Below are positions 29,546 to 40,250 of a stretch of DNA of 61,015 nucleotides, piece by piece; position 1 is the first letter of the stretch, and every line of letters begins with the position of its first letter. The stretch spans positions 1 to 61,015 of the IMG/VR virus record IMGVR_UViG_3300017971_000307. One strand, 5' to 3'. The notes under the pieces were generated by a model. It saw only the letters and a program-made list of their open reading frames with translations. It did no database searches and was not told the origin of the DNA. The DNA comes from a virus. Its lineage: Duplodnaviria; Caudoviricetes. A program made the position numbers and the translations under genes.

Positions 29546-30117
29546 GTGTAACTGATCGACCATTAACAAAAGGATATATTGCTAGAATTTATAGAGGTAA
29601 TATTATAGCAATTCACAATTTTCAATACAATCCTACAACTGTCAGTCGTGTAATGAGTGTTCAGTATAACTATGATTCGCCACCTGGATCAGCTTCGCCA
29701 AATGCATTTTTCAAAAGTATTGATGGGAACAAAATAACATTAGAACTTTTATTAGATGCTGTAGAATCTTATTCTACAGACAAAGAAGGTGTTGGAGCTC
29801 AAAAAGCTTTTTTTGAATCATTTATGCAGCCAGATATTGATTCATATTCTGAAGATTTAGGACAATTCATTCCTCCACCACAGGCAAGATATGGTTCTGG
29901 AAACGAAAGTTTTGATGTTACTGTTGATAATGTTAGATTCAATGATGTTCGTTGGAATAGGCAACATATTTGTACACGATCAAGGGTTCAATTACAAATG
30001 ACGACTTACTGGACGGATCGTTATAAGCTATTAGCTTGGTTACATCATTTAGAAACTCTTCGTTCATTAGTTTCTGTTTATCCTGGTGAACGAGAAAGAA
30101 CGCTGGACGGTATATAA
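29542..30117 (+). CDS. baseplate tube-initiator protein
   Basis: FQYNPT motif; follows tape measure. Confidence 0.65.
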   Translation: MSVTDRPLTKGYIARIYRGNIIAIHNFQYNPTTVSRVMSVQYNYDSPPGSASPNAFFKSIDGNKITLELLLDAVESYSTDKEGVGAQKAFFESFMQPDIDSYSEDLGQFIPPPQARYGSGNESFDVTVDNVRFNDVRWNRQHICTRSRVQLQMTTYWTDRYKLLAWLHHLETLRSLVSVYPGERERTLDGI

Positions 30118-30416
30118 TGACTATTTTTAATGGTTCAAGATATAGGCTTTCTGATGTTATTCAGTCTGAAGATGCAGATAATATCATTGAGTCAACGTAT
30201 ATTATTCGCGATACAACTATCTTACCTCCTGAAGGATCAACACCCTATCTAACAAAACCAGGAGATACATTTGAAAAAATTGCTAAAAATAAATATGGTG
30301 ATGGGAATAAATGGTATGTATTGGCTGATATTAATTCACATATATTTTTCCCATTGGATTTAGAAGTTAATACTTTGATCTATCTTCCACCAGAAACATT
30401 TGTGGTTTCGTCATGA
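30117..30416 (+). CDS. LysM-domain baseplate protein
   Basis: KPGDTFEKIAKNKYGDGNKWYVLADIN. Confidence 0.85.
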   Translation: MTIFNGSRYRLSDVIQSEDADNIIESTYIIRDTTILPPEGSTPYLTKPGDTFEKIAKNKYGDGNKWYVLADINSHIFFPLDLEVNTLIYLPPETFVVSS

Positions 30417-31870
30417 CAGTTAGAGCACCAATAGCAGTTATAAGGATAAATGATCAAGAATTCTCATCTGATCAAATAAGAAAATTAAAAAAAGTAACCT
30501 ATACTCAAAGAGATAGAAAAGCTGACACCGGTGAACTTACATTTGAAGATAATGATAACTTTTTCATTGATTCGAGGATTCTAAAAAAAAATAAAGAATT
30601 CACATTGCTCCTCGGTTGGGTTAATGAGATGGAACCACGTGGTCCATTTATTGTTAAATCCTACAAAAAAACATATCCTGAAAATGGTAACTCTGAATTC
30701 AATGTTACTTTTCAAGACAGATCACAAAGATTGAATAGACAACAGAGACGATCTAGACGTGTTAATGTTTATCCACATCAGATAGTTCAAGAGATAGCTG
30801 AAACATATGGTCTTTCTGCTGAAATAGAATCGATTGATGATGTAAGATTTACGGAAGAAAATCCACATATTCAATCAAATCAAACCGATGGTAGAATGCT
30901 TCAACAATTAGCAGAAAGATATGGATATATTTGGGGAATAGAAGGGAACACTTTATACTTTAGAAGACCGGTTGATAGAGAACAAATTGGAGAACAAGTT
31001 GAAGTACCGGTTCTTTCTTATAAATGTAATGATTATTCCATTAAATCGTTTACACCTGATATTAAATCATCAAGTGGAAGAAGACGACGTGCATCACGTC
31101 AAACTGGATCAAATATTGATTTATTGAATGGTAATAATGATAATTTAGGAATTTTTAATTTCAATCAAGCGAGGGAAACTGTTGCTGGTTCTTTACCTAG
31201 ATTGGGTGAAGCAATCGGAATATCTCGGGGTGAACAGTCAGATGATACTGAACCACCAGCTAATGAGCAAAGAGTAACCGATACTCAATCTAATACACAA
31301 AATCAAAGACAAGAAAGATCTGGAAGATTTTCGGTTGATAACATAACACAAGCATTTGGTCGATTGACCTCTGAAATTGAGAATGATGAAAATAACAGAA
31401 ACGAAGAGTCTGAGCCTGGAAATGAAAGTGCAACCGCAACACCAGATAATGAAAACGAAGCAAATAGACAAGCCGCAGGTAGAGTGGTTCGTGCATCAGA
31501 AATAGTTGAAGGAACAGTCAGACTTTCAGTTGCATCAATGAGATGGAGACCATCCATGTCTGTTATTTTGGCTGGTTTGGGAACAGAACTTTCAGGACGG
31601 TATATTGTAAAAGAAGTTAATCAAACTGTTTCCGTTTCAGATACTTTCAAGACAGAATTGAAAGTTAGAAGACAAACATTCAGAGCATCAAGTCAAGCCA
31701 CACAACAAATTGCTGATGCTACTGATACATCATCAAGCTCGAATAGTGGAAGTAATAATTCTTCTGAAGGTCAACCGCAAAGAACAACCCAACAAGAAGC
31801 AAGAGTACAGGTTGATGCTATAAGGCAAAGATTTTCTCGAACTATTCGGGTTAATGGACAGGAACAATAA
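30413..31870 (+). CDS. baseplate hub (gpD/gp27-like)
   Basis: QSNQTD..MLQQLAERYGY and LSGRYIVKEV motifs; low-complexity acidic insertion. Confidence 0.82.
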   Translation: MTVRAPIAVIRINDQEFSSDQIRKLKKVTYTQRDRKADTGELTFEDNDNFFIDSRILKKNKEFTLLLGWVNEMEPRGPFIVKSYKKTYPENGNSEFNVTFQDRSQRLNRQQRRSRRVNVYPHQIVQEIAETYGLSAEIESIDDVRFTEENPHIQSNQTDGRMLQQLAERYGYIWGIEGNTLYFRRPVDREQIGEQVEVPVLSYKCNDYSIKSFTPDIKSSSGRRRRASRQTGSNIDLLNGNNDNLGIFNFNQARETVAGSLPRLGEAIGISRGEQSDDTEPPANEQRVTDTQSNTQNQRQERSGRFSVDNITQAFGRLTSEIENDENNRNEESEPGNESATATPDNENEANRQAAGRVVRASEIVEGTVRLSVASMRWRPSMSVILAGLGTELSGRYIVKEVNQTVSVSDTFKTELKVRRQTFRASSQATQQIADATDTSSSSNSGSNNSSEGQPQRTTQQEARVQVDAIRQRFSRTIRVNGQEQ

Positions 31871-31872
31871 TA

Positions 31873-32781
31873 ATGTTAACACCTGGTATAGATGAATTTA
31901 GACAAAGATATTCAGGGAGATATTTCGGAAAATATAGAGGTGTTGTTGTTAAGGTTGGTGAAGATGATAGGAAATTGATTAGGATAACAACTCGAGTACC
32001 AGTCATTTTGGGTGATCAGGAGTTAGGGTGGGCATTACCTTCAGATGGTGGTGGATTAAGAAACGGTCGTGTATGGGCACCAAGCCCAAATGATTTTGTA
32101 TGGATTGAATTTGAAGAGGGGGATCCAAGTAGACCAATATGGAGTCATGGCCCATGGGGTAATAGAGATAATGAATCTATGCTTCCCAAGCATGCTCGAG
32201 GTGAAACCGAAGAGATAGATGAGAAGATCAGAAATGTTGGGATAATAAATCCATCTACATTTGCCGGTGAATATCCAAATGTGAAGATAATGCGATCCGT
32301 ATCTGGACACCTTTTAGAATTTGATGACACAGAAAATGAACAACGTGTGCAACTTGCACATAATAATGGTTCTAGAATTGAAATGTTAGCTGATGAATCA
32401 GTTGAATTTGTGACAAAAGGTGAATTGAGACAATTTATTTCTGAAGCAATGAAAATAGAGGTAATAAAGGCACTCGAGGTTTTATCTCACGAAGCATCAA
32501 CTTTTGAATCAGAAGATACAACAACGATAAAATCTGCTGGTGGTGAAATACTTATGAATTCATCATCATCACCAGCAGTTCAAGTCGGTGGTTCTGGAGC
32601 AACTGAACCATTTGTAAAAGGAAACAAGTGGAGTTCATTGATGAATGATTTATTAACTCTTCTAGCAAGACATACTCATGTAGCCACACCACCAACTGGT
32701 GTTCCGGTTGAAGCAAGTGAATTTTTAGCTCTTATTTTACAGCTTGCTGATTCATTAAGTGATTATCTTAAATCAAAATAA
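31873..32781 (+). CDS. baseplate spike (gpV/gp5 OB-fold)
   Basis: YFGKYRGVV, VWIEFEEGDPSRPIW, SGHLLEFDDT and HTH apex motif. Confidence 0.88.
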   Translation: MLTPGIDEFRQRYSGRYFGKYRGVVVKVGEDDRKLIRITTRVPVILGDQELGWALPSDGGGLRNGRVWAPSPNDFVWIEFEEGDPSRPIWSHGPWGNRDNESMLPKHARGETEEIDEKIRNVGIINPSTFAGEYPNVKIMRSVSGHLLEFDDTENEQRVQLAHNNGSRIEMLADESVEFVTKGELRQFISEAMKIEVIKALEVLSHEASTFESEDTTTIKSAGGEILMNSSSSPAVQVGGSGATEPFVKGNKWSSLMNDLLTLLARHTHVATPPTGVPVEASEFLALILQLADSLSDYLKSK

Positions 32782-32789
32782 ATCAATTC

Positions 32790-32882
32790 AAAAAAAAATG
32801 GAAGGACCCTATACATTGTATGGTTTGAGTAGGATGGCTAATGTATAGGGCTTTGTGAAGTGATTTTTTGAATATTAAACGT
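32790..32882 (-). ncRNA. candidate approx. 90-nt hairpin sRNA antisense to the baseplate operon
   Basis: Minus-strand TTGACT-17-TATAAA promoter (32917-32889), 11-bp stem 32807-32817/32840-32850, then a U9 run. Confidence 0.4.
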
Positions 32883-32969
32883 AAGAAATTTATACAACAA
32901 TAAATTAAATGAGTCAATAAAATATTTTGTGTTTATGTGAACGTCTTTATTAAGATGATATAGTTATGT

Positions 32970-33353
32970 ATGGCAAGTTCAACACCAAAAGGTATTTCTT
33001 TTCCTTTTAGATTCACAAATTCTGGTGGTGTGAAGAAATCAGAAGGTGTCAATAAAGTTGTCGATAATATGATAGCACTTGCTTTAGCAAATAAAGGCGA
33101 ACGTGTTGTTAGAGGTGACGTTGGCACAATAGGTTATTCTTTGGTTTTAAGAAATTTCACCGATGATGAATCATTGGGTATTATCAGAGATGTAATTCGC
33201 GAAGCTTTAACTAAATATGAACGTCGTGCATTTATAAGGTCTATTAGGATTTTTACTGAAGATACCAAAGATGGTAGAGGAACTTTTTTGGATATTGGTT
33301 TTATTTACAAAGAAACTGGTGAAGTTTCATCATTTAAAAAACAAATAGCTTAG
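32970..33353 (+). CDS. baseplate wedge gp25/W-like protein
   Basis: GISFPFRF, GERV and ALTKYERR motifs. Confidence 0.85.
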   Translation: MASSTPKGISFPFRFTNSGGVKKSEGVNKVVDNMIALALANKGERVVRGDVGTIGYSLVLRNFTDDESLGIIRDVIREALTKYERRAFIRSIRIFTEDTKDGRGTFLDIGFIYKETGEVSSFKKQIA

Positions 33354-33362
33354 GGGTTTAAA

Positions 33363-33530
33363 ATGCCTAGAAAGAATAAAGCAACTCGAGAAGATTTACA
33401 AAAAGCACTTGAGCTTGGAATTGAGTCATCAAATCCTTTTAAAAAGCCAATCGAAAAACTTAGTGATCTTCTTCATGAAAACAGAGATTCTGGATCAATG
33501 TTTACACCTGCACATCGCACTAAGAGGTAA
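33363..33530 (+). CDS. 55-aa hypothetical protein (not in ORF track)
   Basis: MPRKNKATREDLQ...; AGGGG SD; fills the gap before baseplate J. Confidence 0.5.
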   Translation: MPRKNKATREDLQKALELGIESSNPFKKPIEKLSDLLHENRDSGSMFTPAHRTKR

Positions 33531-33532
33531 AA

Positions 33533-35284
33533 ATGCCAACAGTAACCACATTATCAGGGTTTACTGTTTCAATAGACCTTGGGACAAGAGACTTCGAGGG
33601 ATTTCGTTTTGACGCTTTGGAATTAGCTGATTCCATTGCTGTAGACTGGAACGATCGATCCGAAGCTGATCCTGGTGTTACTCTTACAGAACTTATGGCT
33701 TTTATGATGGACAACTTATCTTATTATCAAGATAGGTGTGCAAATGAAGCCTTTTTTCCAAGTGCTGTACAAAGAAGATCTATCATTAAACATACGCAAC
33801 ACATCGGATACACATTAAGTCCAAACACAAGTGCAAGCGTAGAATTAACTTTCGTAACAAATGCCTCTGGAACAATTCCAGCAAATGAACGTATAACCGT
33901 TGATACATCAGATGGTTCTGATCCAAATACGTTTGAACTTGAAAGCGATTTTGTTTCAACTGGTGCTGGAACTTATACTGGTGTGATTGCTCTCAATGGC
34001 ATAACGACAAGTGAAACGATTGGTTCTAGTAATGGAACAGCAGATCAAAAATTCCCATTAACAGATTCACCATTGACAAGAAATCCAGATGGAAGTTGGA
34101 GTTTAAAAGTATATGTAGCTGAAGGTGGACCAGCTGTTTTATGGGAAAGGGTTGATAATTTTAATCTCAGTGAACCACTTGATAAACATTACAGAGTTGA
34201 TATTGATGAAAATGATTATGCAGACGTTGTTTTCGGCGACGGTGTTAATGGAAAAATTCCTGCTTCAGGGACGAATAATATAACCTCTACGTACAGAACT
34301 GGCGGAGGTCTTTCGGGTAACTCTGTTGGTGTTGATAAATTAACACAATTAAATGGTAGCTATCCATTTATTGATTCTGTGACAAATCCTGAGCAACCAA
34401 CCGGTGGACAAGATAAAGAATCCAATGAAGAAGCGAAAGAGAATGCGCCTCTTTCTATTGCGGCAAATGATCGTGGTGTATCACATCCTGATTATGTCGC
34501 TCTAGCAAAAGAAGTACCAGGTGTTTCTCAGGCTGTTGCTCAGAATGGAGATGGCGTATATATAGAAGAAGTTATTATCTCGAGTACTGGAAGTAATCCT
34601 GTTCCTACTGGTGATTGGGATCCATATTTGGAAACAGGATCTGGAATAATTGGTAATGTCGGTTTGTATATCAATGAACGAAAAAGTACTCCTGTTATAC
34701 TTTATGTATTACCATGTCAGGTTTTTGAAATAATAATCGATTTTACTGTTTATCTTTTCAATAATTATAGCAGAAGTGATGTTCAGCGTGCTATAGAAGA
34801 TGCAGTAACAGAAGCATTTGATGTTAATAATTTAAGGTTAGGTCAACAAGTTCCTGTTTCGCTACTATGTGATACAGTTGAAGATGTTGCTGGTGTTGAT
34901 TATTTAACAGTTAATAGATTCCAGAGACAACCATATTCAAGATTGAAGAAATCATTATCTGATATTACTTTTGATCCTATTACCGTTAACCAAAATACAC
35001 TTAGAGATAGATGGACTGTAAGATTTACTTCTTCAACTAATTTCACTGTTGAGGGTTATAGCACTGGTCAACAAATCGGAACTGGAACAATTGGTACAAC
35101 ATATACAACAGATAATGGTGGATTGAGTTTTCTTGTGAATGCAGGAACAATATCACCCAGTGCTGGAGATAGATGGGAAATATTGACTAGTCCATATGTT
35201 GGAAACATGGATCCTGATTTTGATGAATTAGGCAAATTACTTGCTGACACGTTTACGTTTACGATTATTGGAGGACAAGGTTAA
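33533..35284 (+). CDS. baseplate J/gp6-like wedge protein (Afp11-like)
   Basis: WND.SEADPGVTL.EL.A...D.LSYYQD, FGDGVNGKIP, GGQDKES and R.V...DY motifs. Confidence 0.9.
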   Translation: MPTVTTLSGFTVSIDLGTRDFEGFRFDALELADSIAVDWNDRSEADPGVTLTELMAFMMDNLSYYQDRCANEAFFPSAVQRRSIIKHTQHIGYTLSPNTSASVELTFVTNASGTIPANERITVDTSDGSDPNTFELESDFVSTGAGTYTGVIALNGITTSETIGSSNGTADQKFPLTDSPLTRNPDGSWSLKVYVAEGGPAVLWERVDNFNLSEPLDKHYRVDIDENDYADVVFGDGVNGKIPASGTNNITSTYRTGGGLSGNSVGVDKLTQLNGSYPFIDSVTNPEQPTGGQDKESNEEAKENAPLSIAANDRGVSHPDYVALAKEVPGVSQAVAQNGDGVYIEEVIISSTGSNPVPTGDWDPYLETGSGIIGNVGLYINERKSTPVILYVLPCQVFEIIIDFTVYLFNNYSRSDVQRAIEDAVTEAFDVNNLRLGQQVPVSLLCDTVEDVAGVDYLTVNRFQRQPYSRLKKSLSDITFDPITVNQNTLRDRWTVRFTSSTNFTVEGYSTGQQIGTGTIGTTYTTDNGGLSFLVNAGTISPSAGDRWEILTSPYVGNMDPDFDELGKLLADTFTFTIIGGQG

Positions 35285-35880
35285 TGAGTAGCGATAGACG
35301 TAAAGAATCTATAACCAACAAAATAACGCCTATACCAACTAGCGACATTGATGTTATCAGTAAAAATTTGCAAAAAACAGCTAGTGCAGTAACCATTATG
35401 GGTGCAAACATAGATGTTATAAAAAATGACATATTACCACCTATGGCAAAAACGACTCAAGAGACAAAAGAAGGTCTACTCAGATTAGAAGGAAGAGTTA
35501 ATTCTATCGAGAATAAAGGTCATTATTGTCTTGAGTCTGAAAAACATAACAAACATGAAAATAAATTATCATCTATCTCAACTCAACAAAAAAACACCAG
35601 TAAACTCCTATGGTCATTTATAGGTGTTTTTTCAATAATATGTAGCGCAGTATTCAGTTTTGCTTTCATGACGCAAAGTGTTTCAGCAAAAAATTCTACA
35701 GAAATAAACAATAATTACAAAAATATAAAAAGAAATGAATTGGATATAAAAAGTCTAGAAAAATCACAAAATCGCAATAATAAGATATGGAATAATAACG
35801 GTGATTCTACTTTAACAAAAGGCGAAAGAGAAATGATATTGATGATTTTGAACAGTGAAAAAAAAAGATCATCAGAGTGA
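35284..35880 (+). CDS. coiled-coil membrane protein
   Basis: Single TM (LLWSFIGVFSIICSAVFSFAFM) flanked by coiled coils. Confidence 0.65.
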   Translation: MSSDRRKESITNKITPIPTSDIDVISKNLQKTASAVTIMGANIDVIKNDILPPMAKTTQETKEGLLRLEGRVNSIENKGHYCLESEKHNKHENKLSSISTQQKNTSKLLWSFIGVFSIICSAVFSFAFMTQSVSAKNSTEINNNYKNIKRNELDIKSLEKSQNRNNKIWNNNGDSTLTKGEREMILMILNSEKKRSSE

Positions 35881-35892
35881 ATGGAGCTTTAA

Positions 35893-36051
35893 ATGGCTTA
35901 TGGAATAGACGAATATGGTACTAGCTATTATGGTGGTACTCCAGTTATAGAGCCAATTATCATTCGAGACTTGGTTGATGCAGATATAGAAATCAATGAC
36001 GGTATTTATAGGGTTGAAGTAGAAGAAAATTACAATGTCACAATCGGATAA
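35893..36051 (+). CDS. 52-aa virion microprotein with YGxxxYGxxxYG motif (not in ORF track)
   Basis: GGAG SD; N-terminus resembles that of 39010-40239. Confidence 0.6.
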   Translation: MAYGIDEYGTSYYGGTPVIEPIIIRDLVDADIEINDGIYRVEVEENYNVTIG

Positions 36052-36074
36052 ATTATTTTTTGTAGAGGTAAATT

Positions 36075-36404
36075 ATGGCGAGATTTAACATAAAAAGAAA
36101 CGATACTTTACCTTCTATAACTGCGACAGTAAAAGACTCTAGTGGTAATGCCGTTGATTTAACCGGTGCAACTGTAAAATTCTTAATGTATAGAGAAGGA
36201 ACAGAAAAAGTTAATGATTCTGCAATAATAAAATCTCCTCCAACTGATGGTATTGTTAGATATGATTGGAAAACTGGTGATACAGACACAGAAGGTGAAT
36301 ACAAGGCAGAATTTGAAATTGATTTTGGTGCTAGTGGAAAATTCACAGCACCGAATAACACGTATATTTTCGTAAAAGTTTACGAAGATTTAGATAATGC
36401 ATAG
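36075..36404 (+). CDS. BppU N-terminal-like baseplate/fibre adaptor
   Basis: IKRNDTLP, VDLTGATVKF.M and VRYDW..GDT...G.Y.AEFEI motifs. Confidence 0.75.
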   Translation: MARFNIKRNDTLPSITATVKDSSGNAVDLTGATVKFLMYREGTEKVNDSAIIKSPPTDGIVRYDWKTGDTDTEGEYKAEFEIDFGASGKFTAPNNTYIFVKVYEDLDNA

Positions 36405-36412
36405 GGTTTGAC

Positions 36413-37270
36413 ATGGCTTTAACAATACAAATAGCTATAGATGTGACAGGAGAAACAGCTGGAACACCAGGTGTTGCCAGAGATTTTACTTATGCAAAAT
36501 TGGGTACAGCACCAACAGTTACATTTCGTTTAGGTGATGTAACAGGTGTCAATTCATATTCGTGGCAGTTTGTTGATATTCCATCTGGTTCATCAGCTGT
36601 ATTATCATCATCAACAGCTGCACAACCAACTTTTACTCCTGATCTTGATGGAACCTATCTTGTACAATGTACGGTCAATGAAGGCGAAACCTATGCACGA
36701 AATGCAATTGCATTTAGAACACAATTTAAAAATTTCAGAAAACCAGCTGCTGGTGAAACTGTCGAATTTGATACTGTAAAAGGATGGCAAATAGCGTTAA
36801 ATGAATTATTCGACTTAATTGATGTAGCAATAGATTTTGATGCTGATGCAGTACATGTAAACCTACCAAGCGAAATAAATGCTATTACTGAAAAAATAAA
36901 TCCATCCGATGCTGATGTTGTTGTAATAGAAGATTCTGCTGATAGTTATAATAAAAAAAGGATGAGACTTGATAATATAAGAAGGTCGCCTTCAAAAATT
37001 AGAACAATAAATTCAAATGATAGTATTCTTATTACTAATGAAACTATTTTACTTGATGGTAGTTCAAATTCTGTAACTGCAACATTACCAACAGCCGTTG
37101 GATATAGTGGTTATAGTCTTGAAATAAAAGCTATATCAATTGGTACAACATACACCGTTGAACTTGATACAACTGGTGCAGAAACAATAGATAGTGAATC
37201 ATCATATACTTTTATAGAGAATGAGTCTGTAAAAGTTAAATCAGATGGTTCAAATTGGTTTATTTTCTAA
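36413..37270 (+). CDS. tail fibre-associated protein with PKD/Ig-like domain
   Basis: SYSWQFVDIPSGS...PTFTPDLDGTY and C-terminal TLPTA...SDGSNW fibre motif. Confidence 0.7.
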   Translation: MALTIQIAIDVTGETAGTPGVARDFTYAKLGTAPTVTFRLGDVTGVNSYSWQFVDIPSGSSAVLSSSTAAQPTFTPDLDGTYLVQCTVNEGETYARNAIAFRTQFKNFRKPAAGETVEFDTVKGWQIALNELFDLIDVAIDFDADAVHVNLPSEINAITEKINPSDADVVVIEDSADSYNKKRMRLDNIRRSPSKIRTINSNDSILITNETILLDGSSNSVTATLPTAVGYSGYSLEIKAISIGTTYTVELDTTGAETIDSESSYTFIENESVKVKSDGSNWFIF

Positions 37271-37279
37271 GGTGGTAAA

Positions 37280-38992
37280 ATGTCACACAACAAAAAAGTA
37301 ATAAGATATTATGATAAAATAGCAGATTTAGAAAGACCAAATAATTTCGATTCTAACATATGTCAAGTTGGCGGATATGCTTCAATAAATGATGGTGGTG
37401 GAGGTACCTTTATATGGGATAAAGATGCTTTGCTTGCTGAAGATGATGGTGGAACAATTATATCTCCTGATAGTGGTGCAACTGGATTGTGGAAACGTGT
37501 CTATAGTGGACATATGAATGTGAAATGGTTTGGCGCTAAAGGAGATGATTTAAATGATGATACTACAGCCATTCAAGCTGCGTTAAATGGTGATGCTAGA
37601 TCTGTATTCTTCCCACAAGGAACATATAGGATAAGTACTGATATTACCTTGGGTAGTTATATTGATATCATAGCTGATAAAGATGCAAAAATTTACAGAA
37701 ATGTAGATGGATCTGGTGATATTTTTTCTGCTGATAATGAAAATGATATTCGCATAAATGGATTAATTATAGAGGGTTCAGTTTCAATTGTAACTGATAC
37801 TGATACTGTAAAAGGTATCGATTTTGATAATTGTTCCAATATATGGATCGAAGATTGTAAGATTCTACATTGCTCTGAATGTATAGAAATAAATTTTAGT
37901 GATAAAATATGGATTAAAAATTGTGATATTTATGAATTTAGTAATATAGGAATAACGTGTTCTAGATCAGCTTCATGGCATATTCTTGGTAATGTTGTTA
38001 GAGATTGTTTTGGTCAAAGTCAAAATTATTGTATTACATGCACAGGTCAAAGTGGAGATCAAAAAGAATGTGTTATTTCTAATAATACACTTTTAGACAA
38101 TCCATCTTGGTCTGCGATTATGATACATGATACCTATGATGTTCGGGTCATAGGTAATATTATGAAAAATGTAAGGAATGGAATTGATTTTGGTCATCTA
38201 ACTAGTGGGAACGATGTAGAGTGTATTATTATTGCTAACAACTATATTGAAGGTGCAACAGTTGATTTTTCTACTGGAAAAAATTGTGGTATTTATGTAT
38301 ATGGTGTGCCAGGTAAAAACTGTAAAAATGTAACGATAACAGGAAACGTTGTTCGTGCATTTAATAAATTTGGTGGACCGTCAACACCAGCAGGTGGCAT
38401 AGGTTTAGGTTTTATTGACAGATTAACTGTTGTTGGAAATTCAATTTATGATGTTGATTCAGCAGGCAATTCGAGAGCCGCTGGTATATGTATATTTTTT
38501 GATTTGAATAGTGCAACAATAAGTAATAATGCAATGGAAGATTGTGTTAATGGTGTACATTGTTTTAACTCACAATTGAATGATGTTGTATTTTCTGGCA
38601 ATACTATTCGCAATTCAACCAGAGGATTTTGGCTAGATGGGGTAATTTCGAGTAGAAGTAAAATATTTGGTAATGAAATAAATGCTACAAATAAAATAAT
38701 TCATGCTGCCGTTGGAGGTTTGCAACCTATTCATGATATCAGATATCAGTCTGGAACAATAACAACAGCCATCGCTCCTGGTACAACATATTCAAATAAT
38801 GCGCCTATGTTTGGTGTTAGAGCTGGTGATCCTATTGGAGTTACTATTAATACATCTATTGTTGGTTTAATAATAACGGCTCATGTTAATGCTAATGATT
38901 CAATTGTATATCAAGCATATAATTCAACAGGAGGAACTATAAATTTAACCAATGAAGTATTTAGTGTTGTTCCAATAATTAGATCTACTTAA
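37280..38992 (+). CDS. tailspike/depolymerase (pectate-lyase-like beta-helix)
   Basis: DGGGGTF.WD, DDGGTII, NVKWFGAKGD..DDTTAIQAA, FFPQGTY and Asn-ladder repeats. Confidence 0.85.
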   Translation: MSHNKKVIRYYDKIADLERPNNFDSNICQVGGYASINDGGGGTFIWDKDALLAEDDGGTIISPDSGATGLWKRVYSGHMNVKWFGAKGDDLNDDTTAIQAALNGDARSVFFPQGTYRISTDITLGSYIDIIADKDAKIYRNVDGSGDIFSADNENDIRINGLIIEGSVSIVTDTDTVKGIDFDNCSNIWIEDCKILHCSECIEINFSDKIWIKNCDIYEFSNIGITCSRSASWHILGNVVRDCFGQSQNYCITCTGQSGDQKECVISNNTLLDNPSWSAIMIHDTYDVRVIGNIMKNVRNGIDFGHLTSGNDVECIIIANNYIEGATVDFSTGKNCGIYVYGVPGKNCKNVTITGNVVRAFNKFGGPSTPAGGIGLGFIDRLTVVGNSIYDVDSAGNSRAAGICIFFDLNSATISNNAMEDCVNGVHCFNSQLNDVVFSGNTIRNSTRGFWLDGVISSRSKIFGNEINATNKIIHAAVGGLQPIHDIRYQSGTITTAIAPGTTYSNNAPMFGVRAGDPIGVTINTSIVGLIITAHVNANDSIVYQAYNSTGGTINLTNEVFSVVPIIRST

Positions 38993-39009
38993 AGAAACAC
39001 AGGTGATTT

Positions 39010-40239
39010 ATGAGTTATGGTTCTGGTGCATATGGATTAATACCTTTTGGATCGACTCCGATACTTGGTCCTTCTGCAGTAAGGGAGATAGGTGATTTTC
39101 AATTTAATGTAAAAGCAAAAAGTGAAGGTTACACTATCCGTATTGAATGGAGTGTGCCATTGGTATCTGATGCACCAACATGGACAAGACGTATAAAAAT
39201 TCTACGTAAAAAAGGCGAATGGCCACAATCGTATGATGATTCTGGAGCTTCTATTGTTATTGATGATGTCTATCCAGCTATAGCTGAGGATTATTTTATT
39301 GATCAAACAGGTTTAGAAGCAGGTGTTATATATTACTATGCTCTTTTTGCAGAACGAAATGATGGAAATTGGATTAGTGATAAAATAGCAAATCGTGATT
39401 CTGCATATCCTTATGATAGATGGGGATTTGTGGAATATATGTATGATAGCTTACCTCGAGGTTATCGATCGGAAGATGTAGACGTTCAGCACTTGTACCA
39501 ATTCCTTTCTGTAATAGGAGCTATTTTTGATAATTCAAAAACAGATATTGAGAATTTGTTGACATTGTTTTCCATTGATGAAGTTCACGATGATCTGATT
39601 TATTTGATGGATCGCAAAGTAGGCTGGCCAACATGGCATGATGCAAATGGACTAAAACGTCGAGAAGATGCAGCTGAAGCAGTTGATTTTTACAAAATAA
39701 AAGGTCGTGCAGCTGCATATGATCAATTGTTATCTGGTATTAGCAGTTGGGATCTTACTGTTGTTGAGGGTTGGAAATATGTTTTATTTACGAATGGACT
39801 TTATAACTCAACTATTGTTGATACAACAAATCCAGATACGATAAGATTAATGGGCCGTATTGATGACATCAACAAATATATAAATGATTCTAATGGATGG
39901 CATAGTGTTTCTGGACTGGGATTTTTCCTAGAAGAGATTCCAGGTGTATCAGGTCCTATAACTTCTTCAATGATCGAAAGGTCATTTGAATTAATCGAAT
40001 GGAGCAAAGCTTCATATGTAACATATGGCTTAATATTTACACCTGTATCTGAAGAAGAAATAGCGGCAACAGATATCACGGATGAATATGAAGACATTTA
40101 TGGTTATTTATACGGTTCAACGATTGAAGAATTAAGTTATGAAACTAGCGATTTAGGTCTTTTTGTTACAAACGATTTAACCAAAACAACAAATACATTA
40201 ACCGACAGGATTTTCCATCCTGACATTAACTATATATAG
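39010..40239 (+). CDS. baseplate wedge / tail protein I-like
   Basis: LPRGYR..D...L..FL and FYKIKG motifs; N-terminal FN3-like part. Confidence 0.7.
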   Translation: MSYGSGAYGLIPFGSTPILGPSAVREIGDFQFNVKAKSEGYTIRIEWSVPLVSDAPTWTRRIKILRKKGEWPQSYDDSGASIVIDDVYPAIAEDYFIDQTGLEAGVIYYYALFAERNDGNWISDKIANRDSAYPYDRWGFVEYMYDSLPRGYRSEDVDVQHLYQFLSVIGAIFDNSKTDIENLLTLFSIDEVHDDLIYLMDRKVGWPTWHDANGLKRREDAAEAVDFYKIKGRAAAYDQLLSGISSWDLTVVEGWKYVLFTNGLYNSTIVDTTNPDTIRLMGRIDDINKYINDSNGWHSVSGLGFFLEEIPGVSGPITSSMIERSFELIEWSKASYVTYGLIFTPVSEEEIAATDITDEYEDIYGYLYGSTIEELSYETSDLGLFVTNDLTKTTNTLTDRIFHPDINYI

Positions 40240-40250
40240 AGAGATAGAAT

